A DNA stretch of 64,000 nucleotides, from NCBI GenBank assembly GCA_030390025.1, contig CM059427.1, forward strand, positions 188,046,001 to 188,110,000. The letters run 5' to 3'. Positions within the stretch are counted from its first letter, which is position 1. Each line of letters starts with the position of its first letter. The DNA is from Squalus acanthias. Its lineage: Eukaryota. The notes below the pieces were generated by a model. The model did not search any database, was not told the origin of the DNA, and was given only the letters and a program-made list of their open reading frames with translations. Below, one piece after another: positions 35,698-49,331 of the stretch. Made by a program: the position numbers and the translations under genes.

Positions 35698-36770
35698 TGT
35701 AGGGGGTGGTGTTTTGTGTCAGCTTCACCTGACTTCTGAGCGGTTCGAATCGCTCCCACTCCCTTGGTTCTAGACCTTGGACTTATTTGGGGGTTGTGAT
35801 ACAAAGGTGCAGCAGACAACTGAGTTTGATGAAAGAACTTCAATCTTTATTCAAGAAAGTAAAACACAAACACTCTTAACACTCTAAAAGTGGGGAACAC
35901 TTCGGTACAAGCGAGAGAAATAACATTAAAAGAATACTTCACCCCTCCCAATCCCACTTCTCTAGCTAGGTTGGGCTCTGGAGAACCAGGGATAATGCTC
36001 ACCAAACGAATCCTTGACAGTTGAGAGTTAGGGTTTAGAGTCTTTTGAGTAAAAGGTTTCATAAGGCCCTTGTTGCCACGAGGTGTCCGATGGTCACTGA
36101 GGCGGTCGCTCTGGTTTCTTCTTGCGTGTCGACCTACTTCTGGAGCTGTTGGCCTTCTTTGTTGGACTTCTTTCTGTTGAACTCTGCCTCTGTTTAAACT
36201 GTCTTCTTCCGAGCTGTGGAACTGCCTTCTTTCAGAACTGTAACGGTCTTCTTGCAGAACTGTGGAACTGCCTTCTCTTTGCTCCTCCTGAACTCGGTAA
36301 CTCCAGCACTGACTTCTGCTGAAAACAGGCTTTCAATTGAACTCGAAACTGCAGAACTGCCTTCTGTTGAACTTGAACAGTTTTACTGGAGAACTGCTTG
36401 ATGGGCCTTCAATTATACTAAATTGAAGTGGCCTTATCTACCTCAAATCAAATCCTGGTCATTCTAAGACCTCGTTAACAGTAACGACTTTTCTAACGTG
36501 TTATCTGGTTTTTGGGATGGCTTGCGTCCTGTCAATCTCCTTGGCTGATCACTGGTGATTGGTTTTGTGGTTTGTGTTTCTAGGCTGGACTCGGTCTTTT
36601 CTATAGAAATGGTCCTGAGTGATTTGTATTATGCATGTTTTCTGATGGGCCCTGTAATCGGTTTGATGGGACCTGTTGTTTTGGGTGGGACTGTCTGCTC
36701 CTAGGGTCTATTGTCAAAATGTTAATGCTTGCTGGGGCTTTGAGTGAGGTCATCCCGGCTCCCCAGACAT
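35698..36770 (-). mobile_element. Partial family A LTR (3'-LTR-type middle)
   Basis: Reverse complement matches 23560-23855 joined to 25587-26124, without the nested family B LTR. The U5 end CCCCCTACA lies at 35698. Confidence 0.85.
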
Positions 36771-36779
36771 TGCAAAAGC

Positions 36780-37355
36780 AATGAGGGGGACCCCGAGCTC
36801 CCGGTGGCCTGTCACTTTAATTCACCGCTTCACTCCCACTCTGACCTCACCGTCCTCGGCCTATTACACTGTTCCACGGAAGCGCAGCGTAAGCTCGAGG
36901 AACAGCACCTCATCTTTCGTTTAGGCACGCTACAGCCCTCTGGACTCAATATCGAGTTCAACAATTTTAGATCATAACCTCAGCTCCAATCACATTTATA
37001 TTTTATTTTATCCACCCTTTTATTTGTCCCCCCCACCCCTTTTTTTTCCTCCTAGAAGCTGGCAGCTGTCCTTCATTCTGCCAGTAGATTTCACACTTCA
37101 TTCAGCCTTAATCTGTCACATTAACACCACCTCTAGCCTTGCATATCTCTTAATGTCTCTTAATGTCTCTTCATCTCCTCCTTTGTTCCTTTATCCCCTC
37201 CCCCTTTTCCCTGCTTTACCCTGGCCTTAAATCTATTTGATTTCCAGCTCTTCCCAGTTCTGATGAAAGGTCATCGACCTGAAACGTCAACTCTCTTTCT
37301 CTCTCCACGGATGCTGCCTGGCCTGCTGAGTTTTTCCAGCGTTTTCTGTTGTTAT
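36780..37355 (+). mobile_element. Penelope-like element 3' fragment (GIY-YIG C-terminus + HHR), second family
   Basis: 'PVACHFNS...RKLEEQHLIFRLGTLQPSGLNIEF'; CTGATGA-AAGGTC..GACCT-GAAAC at 37260-37285. Confidence 0.85.
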
Positions 37356-37619
37356 TACAATATTATCACTCTGAGGTAGTTCCAAAGACCTTTTTCCTTA
37401 GGTTTTGGGGATCTGCAAATTTTGGAAACCTTACAGACTCTCAGGGAATCAAGGGATATGGGGATTGGGAGTTAAAGTGCAGTTGAGGTCAAAGGTCAAC
37501 CATGATCTTAATGAATGGCGGAACAGACTCGAGTGGCCGTATGCTCTATTCCTGCTTCTAATTCTTAAGTTCTTAAGTCAGGAGGAATTTCCAGGATTTT
37601 GAAGCAGCGACAATAAAGG

Positions 37620-38050
37620 AATTCAGTTAGGATGGTGTGTGACTTGGAGGTGAACTTGGAGGTGATGGTGTTCCCATGCACCTGCTGCCCTTGTCCTTCT
37701 AGGTGGAGAAGGTCCCAGGTTTTGGAGGTGCTGCCAAAAATGCCTGGCGAGTTGAGCACAGAGTCCTGTAGATAGGACACACTGCAGCCACGGTGCGCAA
37801 GTGGTGGAAGGCGGGAATGTTTATGGTAGTGGATATGTTGCCAATCAAGCGGACCGCTTGTCCTGGATAGTGTCAAGCTTCTGGCAAGTGGCCAGTATTC
37901 CATCACATTCCTGACTTGTGCCTTGTAGGTGGAGGAGAGGTTTTGGGGAGTAACTTGATACAGCAAACCCAGCATCTGACCTGTGCTAGTAGCCACGTCT
38001 TTTATATGGCTGGTACAATTCAGTTTCTGGTCAATGGCAATCCCATGGAA
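37620..38050 (-). mobile_element. LINE RT 3' fragment (CR1/L2 group); related copies at 46480-47025 (+) and 31525-31690 (+)
   Basis: 'YKAQVRNVMEY', with 'YKAQVRTVMEYSPLAWMSAAPTTLKKLDTIQDKAARLI' in the other copy. Confidence 0.7.
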
Positions 38051-38518
38051 GTTGCTGGTGTGGATTTGCGGATAATAATGCCATTGAAAGCATGTTATTG
38101 TGCAGATATTATCAATAAATGGAGCAGCAGTGAATAAGGAAGTGCTAATTGCTGTTAATTCATATCCTCAGTTAAATAAAATTCATAGGTTAACTGATCA
38201 GTTTTATTTAACTATGTGGAAGGGAAAATGATGTTTTAAAAATCTTTGCAAGTGTATTTTTTGTCCATTCTTCCTATAATAGGTAATTACATTTCACTTT
38301 TTATTTCTACTTCAATGACTTTATTGTCAGTTGGAAAGTCTATGTGGCTGGTGGATAAGAGGTGGATTTTGCATGGTCCATTGTTTATTAGGATGAGTAA
38401 CTTTTATTACACTTCTCACAGGAAGAGGTGGAGAAGAAGTTTATAAAGAAATTTACTGAAGAAGTTTATTGTATATTTTACAGTTCCAAGTTACAATGGG
38501 GAAATAATGTGGAAATAA

Positions 38519-41398
38519 CAACAGAAAACGCTGGAAAAACTCAGCAGGCGAGGCAGCATCCGTGGAGAGAGAAACAGAGTTAACGTCTCAGGTCGAGACC
38601 TTTCATCAGAACTGGAAACAGCAGGAAATCAAATAGATTTAAGGCAAGGATAAAGCTGGGAAAAGGGGGAGGGGATGAAACAACAAAAGGAGAGATTAAG
38701 AGACATTAAGAGATATTCAAGGCAAGAGGTGGTGTTAATGTGACAGGTTAAGGCTGAAAGAAGTGTGAAATGCACTGGCAGAATGAAGGACAGCTGCCAC
38801 CTTCCAGGAGGGAAAAAAAAAGGGAGGGGGCAAATAAAAGGGTGGATGAAAAAATAAAATATAAATGTGATTGGGGCTAAGGTTATGATCTAAACTTGTT
38901 GAACTCGATATTGAGTCCAGAGGGCTGTGTAGGCTTCGCAAAATCCCCCAGAAACTCAAACAGAGCCCTAAAGGGAGTGATTTTTGGACTTTTCATACAA
39001 ACTTGGGATGATGGGGCCTAAGTGAAGTGATTTGATGTAAAAACCTAAAGATCAGGGAAGAAAAAAACCTGAGGAAACTGACTTTTTGAATCTTACTGTT
39101 GGGAGAGACACCTTTCACAGACACAAGCTGCGAGGGGCGTGGCCAGGCAGTGAACAAATCAAGCTGTCTGGGAATTGTTTACACTACAAATCCTACCAAG
39201 GTGCAAGAGACAAAGCAAAAACTCACAAACACATTCAAATATGAATCCCCAGGGGCAAACAAGATGCTGGAAATCTAAAAACGATTCCGGACAATAAAAC
39301 TTCGATCACACAGTTTCATAGCCATTATCCCATCAAAAAAACCAATCAACCAGGTATCCACAGAACAGATTTAAAAGCCCACCAACAGACCTAGGACAAA
39401 AGGGGGAGATTTGGCACGTAGATAAGGCTGTGTTTAAATCGGAAAACGATCAAGTATTGTTTAACACTGAGCAAAAGCCATCGGAACTGGCAAGCCCGCC
39501 AAAACAAGACAATTGGACTAAGCAAGGTTCATTTGCAACCAAAAGGAATCCGTTTTAGTAAGGGTTTTTTGGGAGCGAATAAGAAACAGTATAATTTGAA
39601 AGCCTGTGCCATAATCTCCCTCTCTTTCGGACTGGCTGACCACATGGACACAGCTCTCTCCCTGCTCCAGCAAAACCTACCACAAGCCACGAGGAAGAAG
39701 GCCAGAAAACAGACCAGCACGCAAGAAGAAACCAGAGCGACTGCCTCAGTGACCATCGGACACCTCGCAGCAACAAGGGCCTTACGGAGTCTTTTAAACA
39801 AAAGACTCTAAAAAATCCTGTCAAGGATTCGTTGGTGAGCATTATCCCCGATCTCCTGAATCCAAAAACCTAGCTAGATAGTGGGATCTTTGGGAGGGAT
39901 AAGGTTTTGTTTGATATATTGTCATTTCCCTCGCTTGTACCGTGTGCTCCCCATCTGTGTTTTAAGTAATAAGTGTGTTTCAAGTTTGTTACCTTTTTCT
40001 TTTAATAAAGTAAAATTCTTTCATCAGAACCTGTCGTTTAATGCAACTTTGTTCACAACCCCTAAATAAGTCCAAAGTCCAGGAACCGGAGGGGTGTGGG
40101 AGCGATTAAGATACCCCTTACAGCTGTAGCGTGCCTAAACGAAAGATGAGGTGCTGTTCCTTGAGCTTGCGCTGCGCTTCCGTGGAACAGTGTAATAGGC
40201 CGAGGACGGTGAGGTCAGAGTGGAAGTGAAGCGGTGAATTAAAGTGACCGGCGACCGGGAGCTCGGGGTCCCCCTTATGGACTGAATGGAGGTGTTCCGC
40301 AAAGCGGTCACCCCATCTGCGTTTGGTCTCCCCAATGTAGAGGAGACCACATCGTGAGCAGCGAATACAGTATACTAAATTGCAGGAAGTACAAGTAAAT
40401 CACTGTTTCACCTGGAAGGGGTGTTTGGGGCCCTGGACATTGGGAAGAAGGGAGGTATAAGGGCATGTGTTGCATCTCCTGCGCTTGCATGGTAAGGTGC
40501 CGGGTGAAGGGGAAGGGGTGCTGGGGGTGGTAGAGGAGTGGACTAGGGTGTCGCGGAGGGTGCGGTCCCTGCGGAATGCTGAAAGGGGAGGTGAGGGGAA
40601 GATGCGTTTGGTGGTGGGATCACACTGGAGGTGGCGGAAATGGCGGAGGCTGATCCGTTGAATGTGGAGGCTGGTGGGGTGAAAGGTGAGGACAAGGGGA
40701 ACTCTATCGTGGTTCCAGGAGGGAGGGGCAGGGGTGAGGGCAGAAGTGCGGGAGATAGAACGGACATGGTCGAGGGCCGTGTCGACCACGGTAGAGGGGA
40801 ATCCTCGGTTGAGGAAAAAGGAACACATGTCGGAAGCACTGGTATGGAAGGTGGCATCATCAGAGCAGATGCGGCGGAGACGGAGAAACTGGGAGAATGG
40901 AATAGAGTCCTTACAGGAGGCGGGGTGGGAGGAAGTGTAGTCCAGGTAGCTGTGGGAGTCAGTGGGCTTGTAGTGAATGTTAGTCAATAACCTATCCCCA
41001 GAGATGGAGACGGAGAAGTCGAGGAAGGGAAGGGAAGAGTCGGAGATGGACCATGTGAAGGTGAGGGAAGGGTGGAAATTGGAAGCATAGTGAATGAAAT
41101 GTTCTAGTTCAGGGCGAGAGCAGGAGATGGCACCGATACAGTCATCAATGTACCGGAAAAAGAGGTGAGGGAGGGGACCCGAGTAGGACTGGAACAAAGA
41201 GTGTTCCACATATCCCACGAAAAGTCAGGCATAGCTAGGACCCATGCGTGTACCCACAGCAACACCTTTAATTTGGAGGAAATGGGTGGAGTCAAAGGAG
41301 AAGTTGTTCAATGTGAGAACAAGTTCAGCTAGGCGGAGGAGGGTGGTGGTGGATGGGGACTGTTTGGGCCTCTGTTCAAGGAAGAAGCGGAGCGCCTT
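38519..41398 (-). mobile_element. 5'-truncated Penelope-like retroelement (RT + GIY-YIG), interrupted by a solo LTR
   Basis: ORF 40400-41218 with 'FFRYIDD', 'LPFLD', 'YKPTD', 'SIPFSQFLRLRRICS'. Its 3' end matches 36780-37355. Confidence 0.9.
38928..40122 (+). mobile_element. Solo LTR, family A (1195 bp, mosaic type)
   Basis: TGTAGGCTTCGCAAAATCCCCC...CCCTTACA; TSD GCTG (38924-38927, 40123-40126). Confidence 0.92.
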
Positions 41399-41575
41399 CT
41401 CAGGCCATCCTGATTTGGAAAGCTATTTTACCTCATTTCTTTCTGTTCACAGTCTGAAGTGTTAAACATATTCAAGAAATGTGCCTCGGTTTTACTTCTG
41501 GTGGTTTTCTGGTGCTATATATATATCTATATCTATTCGTATATTTCTTACAGGGAAAGAGACGGAATCTGTGAA

Positions 41576-41663
41576 ATGAGGCTACGATTTTTCTGCAACA
41601 AAATGCCAGCTGGTTTGATGTTCAGTTTCTTGGTGTTTCTACATCCGTCTGTTTTCACACAAA
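41576..41663 (+). CDS. IgSF gene leader exon (MRLRFFCNKMPAGLMFSFLVFLHPSVFTQ)
   Basis: Acceptor ttcttacAG at 41553, hydrophobic signal peptide, donor A|GTAAGT at 41664, phase 1 matching the next exon. Confidence 0.7.
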
Positions 41664-41793
41664 GTAAGTGCCTTATTTCCACCAATCACAGTCATATTGT
41701 TTTACTTTATCAGAGTGTTTAATGAATTCACCCAGCTAGTATTCAGCAAGCAAGTAAGGTCTTTATTTTCCTGTCCCTGCTCCTTTAAACAGG

Positions 41794-42510
41794 GGGTAGA
41801 GTTTCTGCTTTGGGCACAATCGGCGATTCCGGTGCAAATTGCACACAAAATTGCGACCGTTTTGAAATTTTCTTTTACTCGAGTTTCCGCTCAAACTCAT
41901 TTGCATATCGGCAAAAGCAAAATCTGTCCTGAAGCAGCGCAATTGGGCAACGTTTTAAAACATCATTTTACTTTTTAAAGTTGCTTTAAAAAGTATTCCT
42001 TGATATATTTAAGAGAGGTAACTTGGTGCAGTTTGATTAATACAGCTGGAAATGGGTTTATCAAAAAATAAGCATTTTAAATCACAGTATCAAAGCCAGC
42101 TGTGAGTAATCCGATTATAAATTATTAAAATTTGGGGAACAGTTGTGAGTTCCTTATAAAAAATAATCATTCAAAATCATTCAAAAACATACCTATTAAT
42201 GTCCTTACGCACAAAAGTTCCAGCTTATTTTTTGGAGCCTCCTCGAAGGCCTGCAAATGAGCGCAATTATTGGAAACTCCCAATGCTGATTAATTCATCC
42301 TGGGGGCGTGGCCAGTTTTGTGGGCGGGGCCAGCTTCCAGCGCGATGATTTTAAAAGTCACGCAAAAGATCGTGGAAACTATAAATCTGTTGAACGCAAT
42401 TTCGGCTTAAAATTCCGCGATCTTTTGCACCGTTTACGCCGATATCGGGGAAATCGTGCAGAAAAAAACAGCGTGATCTAGCGGAAACGCCAGGCCGCTG
42501 TGTAAGTTCA
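41794..42510 (+). mobile_element. Non-autonomous repeat family copy
   Basis: Homologous to 57320-58400 and 28886-29470. Confidence 0.7.
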
Positions 42511-44892
42511 CTTTTCAGAGTCCAACAGTGGAACAACTTAATAAAATGAAAAATGTTAGCAGATTTCTCATTGCTCTTCAATTCCTTTTCCCGATCTATC
42601 TATTAATCTCTCTATCTGTCGATACATCTACTCTTGTATGTAGCAAACGTCCATCAGAGCATTTTCTGTTTTCTATGATATGTTATATTTGATCAATCAA
42701 CAGCTGAACAGATTGCATGTGGTATAGAATGGGTCAAAAGTAAAAACAATATTAAAATGTTAATAAGCGTTAAAATTCAGAATTATTGAGAATCATTTTT
42801 TGTGTTCGAGGCTGTGCAACATATAAAAGTTACATTTGGGTAAAACATCATTTGAAAAGGTTTGAAGGTTTGTCGCTGATCCTCACTTCGGGTCACATCT
42901 TGGTTTAGTGTCCAAAGATGTTTAAACATCACTGTGAATACAGTGTGCACAGAGCCATTGTGGTTTTGGTAATTGTGATGTGAGCTGGTATTTAATCAAG
43001 ACTTACAGACACATGGGATTTACTGCTTTAGATCACTTCCCTTGTGAAAATGTAGATAAAATAATGGTTACAATGAGGATTAATTGACTGTTACCCTTGA
43101 AATGAAGGAAGATAATGATTCAAAGGTGGAAATGTAGTTCAGGGAATGGTAACGATGAACTATTGACTGAATGATGTGACCACTGTCACCAGAGGCCACC
43201 TGGAAGTATCCAAATGCATTAACGTTAAATGTCACCGTCACAGCCACAGTTGTCACCTTTCACAGATAAGGCAAAGCACCTGGTGGAAAGAGGCTGCAAG
43301 TCAGGTTCCAAGAGCTGGTTTATCTCTGTCACGGTGTCTCATCAGACAAGGGGGGAGGATGCAGGAACTGCCTGATCGCTGCCCACCTCAGGAAACCCCG
43401 TCACAGGACAAACGGGGTGGAGACCCGACGTAACCGTATCCTGCACCAATTTCACTCCCCAAGTTCCACCTTGATAATTCCCCCTGCAGACCAGGAGTCG
43501 GGAGGAGATTTGGAGCCTTTATTTTCAGTAACAAGAAATTTAGCCATGACCTCTCTTTTTATTTTGATTACTTTTTGTAATAATAATGTATATTACATAG
43601 AATTACATAGAATTTTACAGCACAGAAACATCTCTCTCATGTGCCTATCTATGTTCAGAAAGCTCTGCTAATAGATACACAGAATATCTACTGGAAGTGT
43701 TCTGTTTTTCCCTATAACCGTGCCTGCAGTGAAGGTGACATGATACAGTGCTTTCTCCTCATGTATTAGTGCTTCATTGTAACCTTCTCTGGACTGAACT
43801 CCTCAATGAACGAGCTTTGCCAGCTTCTTGGGATTGTAATGGGAGAGGATTTTGCTCTCCCTTCTTGCCCAATTTTGGATAGATTGTGGTCGGCAGGGGC
43901 AGAAAGTGGGGATGGGGATCCGGCGGGCTGCTCCCTGCAGATTGTCATCACTTCACTGAATATATGGACCCAAATATGGAGAGATTTATTCAAATTGCGT
44001 GGAGTGGCCAAGTGTTATCAGATGTTACATTCACCGTCATTACCGCCATAACAATGCTGGAACACAAGGGACAGCAGCATGTTCCCGGCATCTAGTGTTG
44101 TGTTGGCTTGCGGGAGTGGATTTCAATTTCAAATATCTATCTGAAGCAAAGCAATTGATCATGATCAAAGCAATTTGATCCCTCCCTGTCCCAGGTGGGT
44201 CCCTCAGATCAAAGCACGAGTCCTGCTGGGAGCCCACAATAATTATGGAAATTATGCTGATCTCAGGAAATTCCCCAGGGATCACGGTTTGGGAAGACAG
44301 GCGGGCACGGAGTCTGTCACACTGACCTACAGGCAGATTATGGCCAAATGGAAAATCCTGCCTCCCTTTGTTATCGGTAATCCTGTGGGTTGCCTGGTCA
44401 CTGGTGGTCCAGGAGAACCAACAACGTACTGGGCATTGCACAAGAGGAGGGGAGCTCACTTGTAGAGATCGCTGACCTGATTTATGAGCCTGAAGTGTTA
44501 TGACTGCACCAGTACTGTATTCAGTTTTAGGAGAATACTGATTATTGTGATGGTATTTCAGATTTCTTAACAATGTCGGAGTAACGATTCCCCTTCCACA
44601 CTCCCAGTAAATGCTGGAAATACGGATTGTGAAATTGGACACTGGAGGCCCACAAGGTCAGAGTGCAGTGGCAGAAATTCACCCTCTAATGTCCTAAAGT
44701 ATCACTGGATTAGGCCAGATTATTCCAGACAGTCAGCTCTTCACCGGGGTGTGTATGTGTCATTGCTGAATCCATTGTATATAAACAATATGACTGTAAA
44801 TAAATGAAGTCCAATATTAATCATTACAAACATGGGATTAAGGAGTTACAGTTTAAATATTTAAATACTTACATTGTTCCTCTTTCTAACAG

Positions 44893-45234
44893 GAAACACA
44901 AATCATATTTATTTTTTGGATAAGCGAGATGACATTCCATTAAAAGGACCGGACAATCCTGGGAATGGCCCTGTTGTCTGGGAATGGAAACCACACTCAG
45001 GGCAAGAAATCCAGCGGCTGGTTACTTTTCACAAAGGGGGTTCGGGCTTGTGGGACGCACAATGGAACGATCACTTTAGCAACAGCGACTTGTACTGGAT
45101 AGTAGAATGGAGTCCTTGGACCATTAATCTGAGAATTAGAAAACCCACATTTAAATTTGCGGGATCGTTCATCTTGACTCAAACACAGCCGAGTAATAAA
45201 ATCCTGAAACAGTATGAAATATTTGGGATCAAAG
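44893..45234 (+). CDS. IgSF gene exon, domain 1 (V-like, no cysteines)
   Basis: Acceptor tctttctaacAG, donor G|GTGAGT, phase 1-1, open frame. 'IPLKGP...VVWEW...INLRIRKPTFKFAGSFILT' follows V-set spacing. Confidence 0.75.
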
Positions 45235-46129
45235 GTGAGTGGGACAAAGTCTAGAAAAGGTTCAATAAAATGATTCTCAGTGAATAATTTCATGTGTAAC
45301 GATGAGAGATTGCCAGGATCACGTGAGATTTATATCACCCAGTGCAGAGAGCATCTCTCATTAAAACAACCAGGGGAAAGATTTTGTTCATTGTTTCTCC
45401 TGAAATGGTCAACATGAGTAAAAACATTTTGACAATTTCACCAGAAATAGCAAACCGAGTAATCTACCCCACAGAGAGTATTATGGTCTGTACACTGGCA
45501 CACTCTCTGTCAGATGTACTGAATTATGTTACCAAACCAATAGATCACTTGAAGTAATAAGCCTGAGCGCGATGGGACAAGAATAAGATTGGCCAGAATC
45601 ACTGCTCCTGATTGCTGTCCAGTGAACCTGTTAGATGTGTCACTTGGTTGAGGTCCCACAGGATGTCAAGTGTCCCTGGAACTTGTACTATGCCAAGGAG
45701 TTAACGCCTTCAGGAAAGCAAGAAGAACATGGCAGAGAAAAAGAGATACATTGGGGGGAATTTTAACCCCAAAAAATGTTTGGCTTGGGGTCGGGTGGGA
45801 GGTTCCAGAGTTAAAAATCTGAATCCTGGCCCCAACTCGCCTCCAACCCGCCCACTTCTAGTTTTAACGGAGGTGGGACGGGGGTGGGGGGGCAGCTAAC
45901 CTGCTCGCAGGTGGTGAGTTCACACTTTAAATATTCTAATGGGGTTGGGTGCCTCATAGTGATCCACAATTTTAAATTTAACTGTAGGCTCGGGGAACCC
46001 GCCAGCTAAAGGGTGATGAGGACAGCTGGACCCAGGGTTTCTGCCTCGCCACCTGCCCACTATCGGTCCCCTCCCCCCGACCCTTTTGATCTCCCCCAAA
46101 CTACCCCTGAGGCCTCCAATACCCCCACA

Positions 46130-46325
46130 TGAGATCTCCGATCTCTGATCCCCCCTCCAGCCTTCCGACCTCCCCCCTCCGGCCTTCCAACTTCCCCCCT
46201 GCAGCTTTCCAACCCTCCTCCGATCTCCGATACTCCCTCTGGCCTTCTGACCTCCCGATCTCTCCCCTCCGGCCTTCTGACCTCCCCACTCGGACCTCCG
46301 ATACCCCACTCCTGCCTTCCAACAA
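46130..46325 (+). repeat. Degenerate C/T-rich minisatellite (CCGGCCTTCTGACCTCCCC-like)
   Basis: Visible imperfect tandem units. Confidence 0.7.
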
Positions 46326-48119
46326 CCCCACCATTCCCTCACTCCCTGCTCTCTGTGGCCTGGTGCCCCAGGCCTTTACATTCGAGCCTTTCCTTCTGGC
46401 TGGCTGCGGGAGGGAAACAGAGATTTAAAATGTTGATCAGGCCCTGTCGCTAAATTCAGTCTCGCCACTCCCTATCTGCCTCCAAAGCCTTTCCTCCATC
46501 TACAAGGCACAAGTAAGGACTGTGATGGAATACTCTCCACTTGCCTGGATGAGTGCAGCTCCAACAACACTCAAGAAGCTCGACACCATCCAGGACAAAG
46601 CAGCCCGTTTGATTGTCACCCCATCCACCACCTTAAAAGTTCACTCCCTGCTCCACCAGCGCACTGTGGCTGCAGTGTGTACCATCTACAAGATGCACTG
46701 CAGCAACTCGCCAAGCCTTCTTCGGCAGCACCTCCCAAACCTGCGAACTCTACCACCTAGAAGGACAAGGGCAGCAGGCGCATGCGAGCACCACCACCTC
46801 CAAGTTCCCCTCCAAGTCACACACCATCCTGACTGAGAAGTATATCTCCGATCCTTCATCATTGCTGGGTCAATCTCCTAGAACTCACTACCTAACAGCA
46901 CTGTGGGAGTACCTACACCACACGGACTGCAGGGGTTCAAGAAGGCAGCTCACCACCACCTTCTCAAGGGCAATTAGGGATGGGCAATAAATGTTGGCCT
47001 TGCCAGTGACGCCCAGATCCCATAAAATTCCGGCCATTGTATCTACTCAAAAATATTTAAAAAGCTTTAGTATAAATATATCAAAATCTTTAGTTTCTGC
47101 CAACTAAGGATGCTGCTCAACAGCTGCACTTTCTGGTTGATTGATGTGTGTAACATCTAAATGAGGCTGAGGTCACTGTCATATGTACTTGATACAAAAT
47201 ATAATCCAATCCTGAAATGTCGAAGTGGCCAAAATATCATCGTGACTGTACTGGGCCTGGACAATTGCTCCTGAGGTGTTAGCCCAAACTGCACCAGAAT
47301 GTGTTGACCATAATAGAAAGTCAACTCATTTACATTTATTAGTTGCACTCATGGTACATAGTGCATGGTACACGGGGAATGTCACATGGGTCGGGCACCA
47401 GAGTGTTGGGCGCCAGCAGCTAATTGATGCCCACCATTGTTTTGGCCTGACGTTGGAATGAAAGTCCCTGTTGAAGATTTGATTCTTACTTGTCATGTTG
47501 TAGGTGGGACTGAAAGTCAGGGTGGGCATTTTTAGAACAAGCCTCTCCTGAAGTGCCATTCCTCATGGACGCTCAATGATTGGAGCCCTGCTCAGGAGCA
47601 TTTTGGGAGCCCACTAATTTAAATAACGTAATGACTTTTGACGTGGATTTTGTGCACAGGCTCCCAGTGCGTGTGTTGGGTGGTCTTACTGAAGTGTGCG
47701 AGGCACATTGAGAACAGAGTGGGACTGGAGCCTTCTCCATGTCTGATAATATGGGCGCTACATTTCCATCACACCCTCCTCTGGTGAGATTCCATCACCT
47801 GTCCATTGTGGTGTCGGCTTCCACAAATGTCATCCAAACCATGTAACCTTAACCTGACCCCGGATACTCCAGCAGGGTCAGGGGTAAAGGTCATCGGCCG
47901 CACTCTGGCTCACTTACGCTGGCAGAGCTGGACCGAGAATTTTCAGGCTCACTGTGTTATTCTACTGATAAAATGCACTTGTGTGTAATCTGGCCTGACT
48001 CTTTAATGCAGCAAGGTACAAGTGCTGATGATGGGCACATCCTACGGTCAGTTAGAACCTAATCATTGGATTGTACATGTCACTACTTACACTAAATCTT
48101 ATTGATATGTTTTTCACAG

Positions 48120-48389
48120 TTGAGTCAAGTCCACAGAGTGCTGTGGTGGGCAGTGACGTTACACTCAGCTGTACCATCTCCAAACTCTCAGATACAGTCA
48201 GTCTTCAATGGAAACAGAGAGACTCATCTCAGCAGAACAGGAGCAACACTGATCAGATCCGACTAAATAACACAGTCTATCTGATAGTCAAACATGTTGC
48301 AGTAGAGGATAAGGAGTTGTACGCGTGTGAAGTGCAGGAAGATGGATCCATTATTCTCACAGGAAAAGCAGATTTTTCTGTGGCCCAGG
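48120..48389 (+). CDS. IgSF gene exon, domain 2 (C2-like)
   Basis: Acceptor ttttcacAG, donor G|GTAAGT, phase 1-1; 'GSDVTLSC...LQW...YLIVKHVAVEDKELYACEV'. Confidence 0.9.
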
Positions 48390-49331
48390 GTAAGTGCAGT
48401 TACCTCACAGTAGATATTAAAGAGTTACTAATATAAAACTGTTACATATAAAGTGGAGTCATACATGTCAACCATCAGCACTTCATGCTTACAGTCAGCA
48501 TGTGGGGGCCTGGTGCACATATCAGCATTGAACAAAAAACTGGCCTCTCGCCCCTCAATGCCACTTCTAACCGAGTTCTGCTGCTATTTCAAGTGATTCC
48601 AGCTGCTGCATACTCTAGGCTTCAAATAAGCATTCAGCTGGAGCAGGACTGAGGGAAGCGGGAAGGGCAGGGAATCAATGGCCATGAACGGAGAGGGAAG
48701 GATGGAAATGATGGCAATGTAGAGGAGAGATGGTGGGCAGAGGGAAATGACAGAGGCTGGGAGTGGGGCTTTGGGGGAGGAAGAGGGGAAAAGCTGAGAG
48801 TGGAACTTTGGAGTAGAAGATAAGAATTTGCATTTGTGTGAAGTGTAGAAAAAAGACTCTGTTATTAAAATAGCATCAAAACTATTGATGTGGATCAGGG
48901 TAAGGCCAGAACTACCTTACAGTAGATATTAAATAGTTACTGAAATAACACTGTTACACACAAAGTACAGGGAGCACAGAGACAGCATATGCTTTTACTA
49001 CAGACTGGGACCTTATTTTCTCTTTGAAACATTGGTGTAAATATAACATTGCAATACAGTGGGCAAATATCAACAACCAGGTCTTGATGGATCTGACAAT
49101 AAATAGCAAAAGAGTTGAAGGTGGACAACAACATTCTCACACAGCTCATCAGTTACCAAAACACAGAGACAATTCTTTTCTAAATATGGTTCACTTTATT
49201 CACTGCAAGGGCACAGCATTAAAGTCCATCCCTGAATATCTATTCAGTGCTCTTCCAATACACACACATATGGCCGGAGTTTTCCAGGGTGGTAGTGGGG
49301 GCGATTGGTGGCGGGTCGGGTGGGAAAGTTA

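Noticed and set aside
36780-41398. Single fold-back Penelope spanning both fragments
   Set aside because: The fragments are tail-to-tail, visibly diverged and about 1.1 kb apart with unrelated sequence between them. More likely independent insertions.
43766-44780. Possible antisense or retrocopied gene in the leader-D1 intron (ORF 44040-44642)
   Set aside because: Unique-looking sequence, but I could not recognise any domain in six frames. A translated search would be needed.
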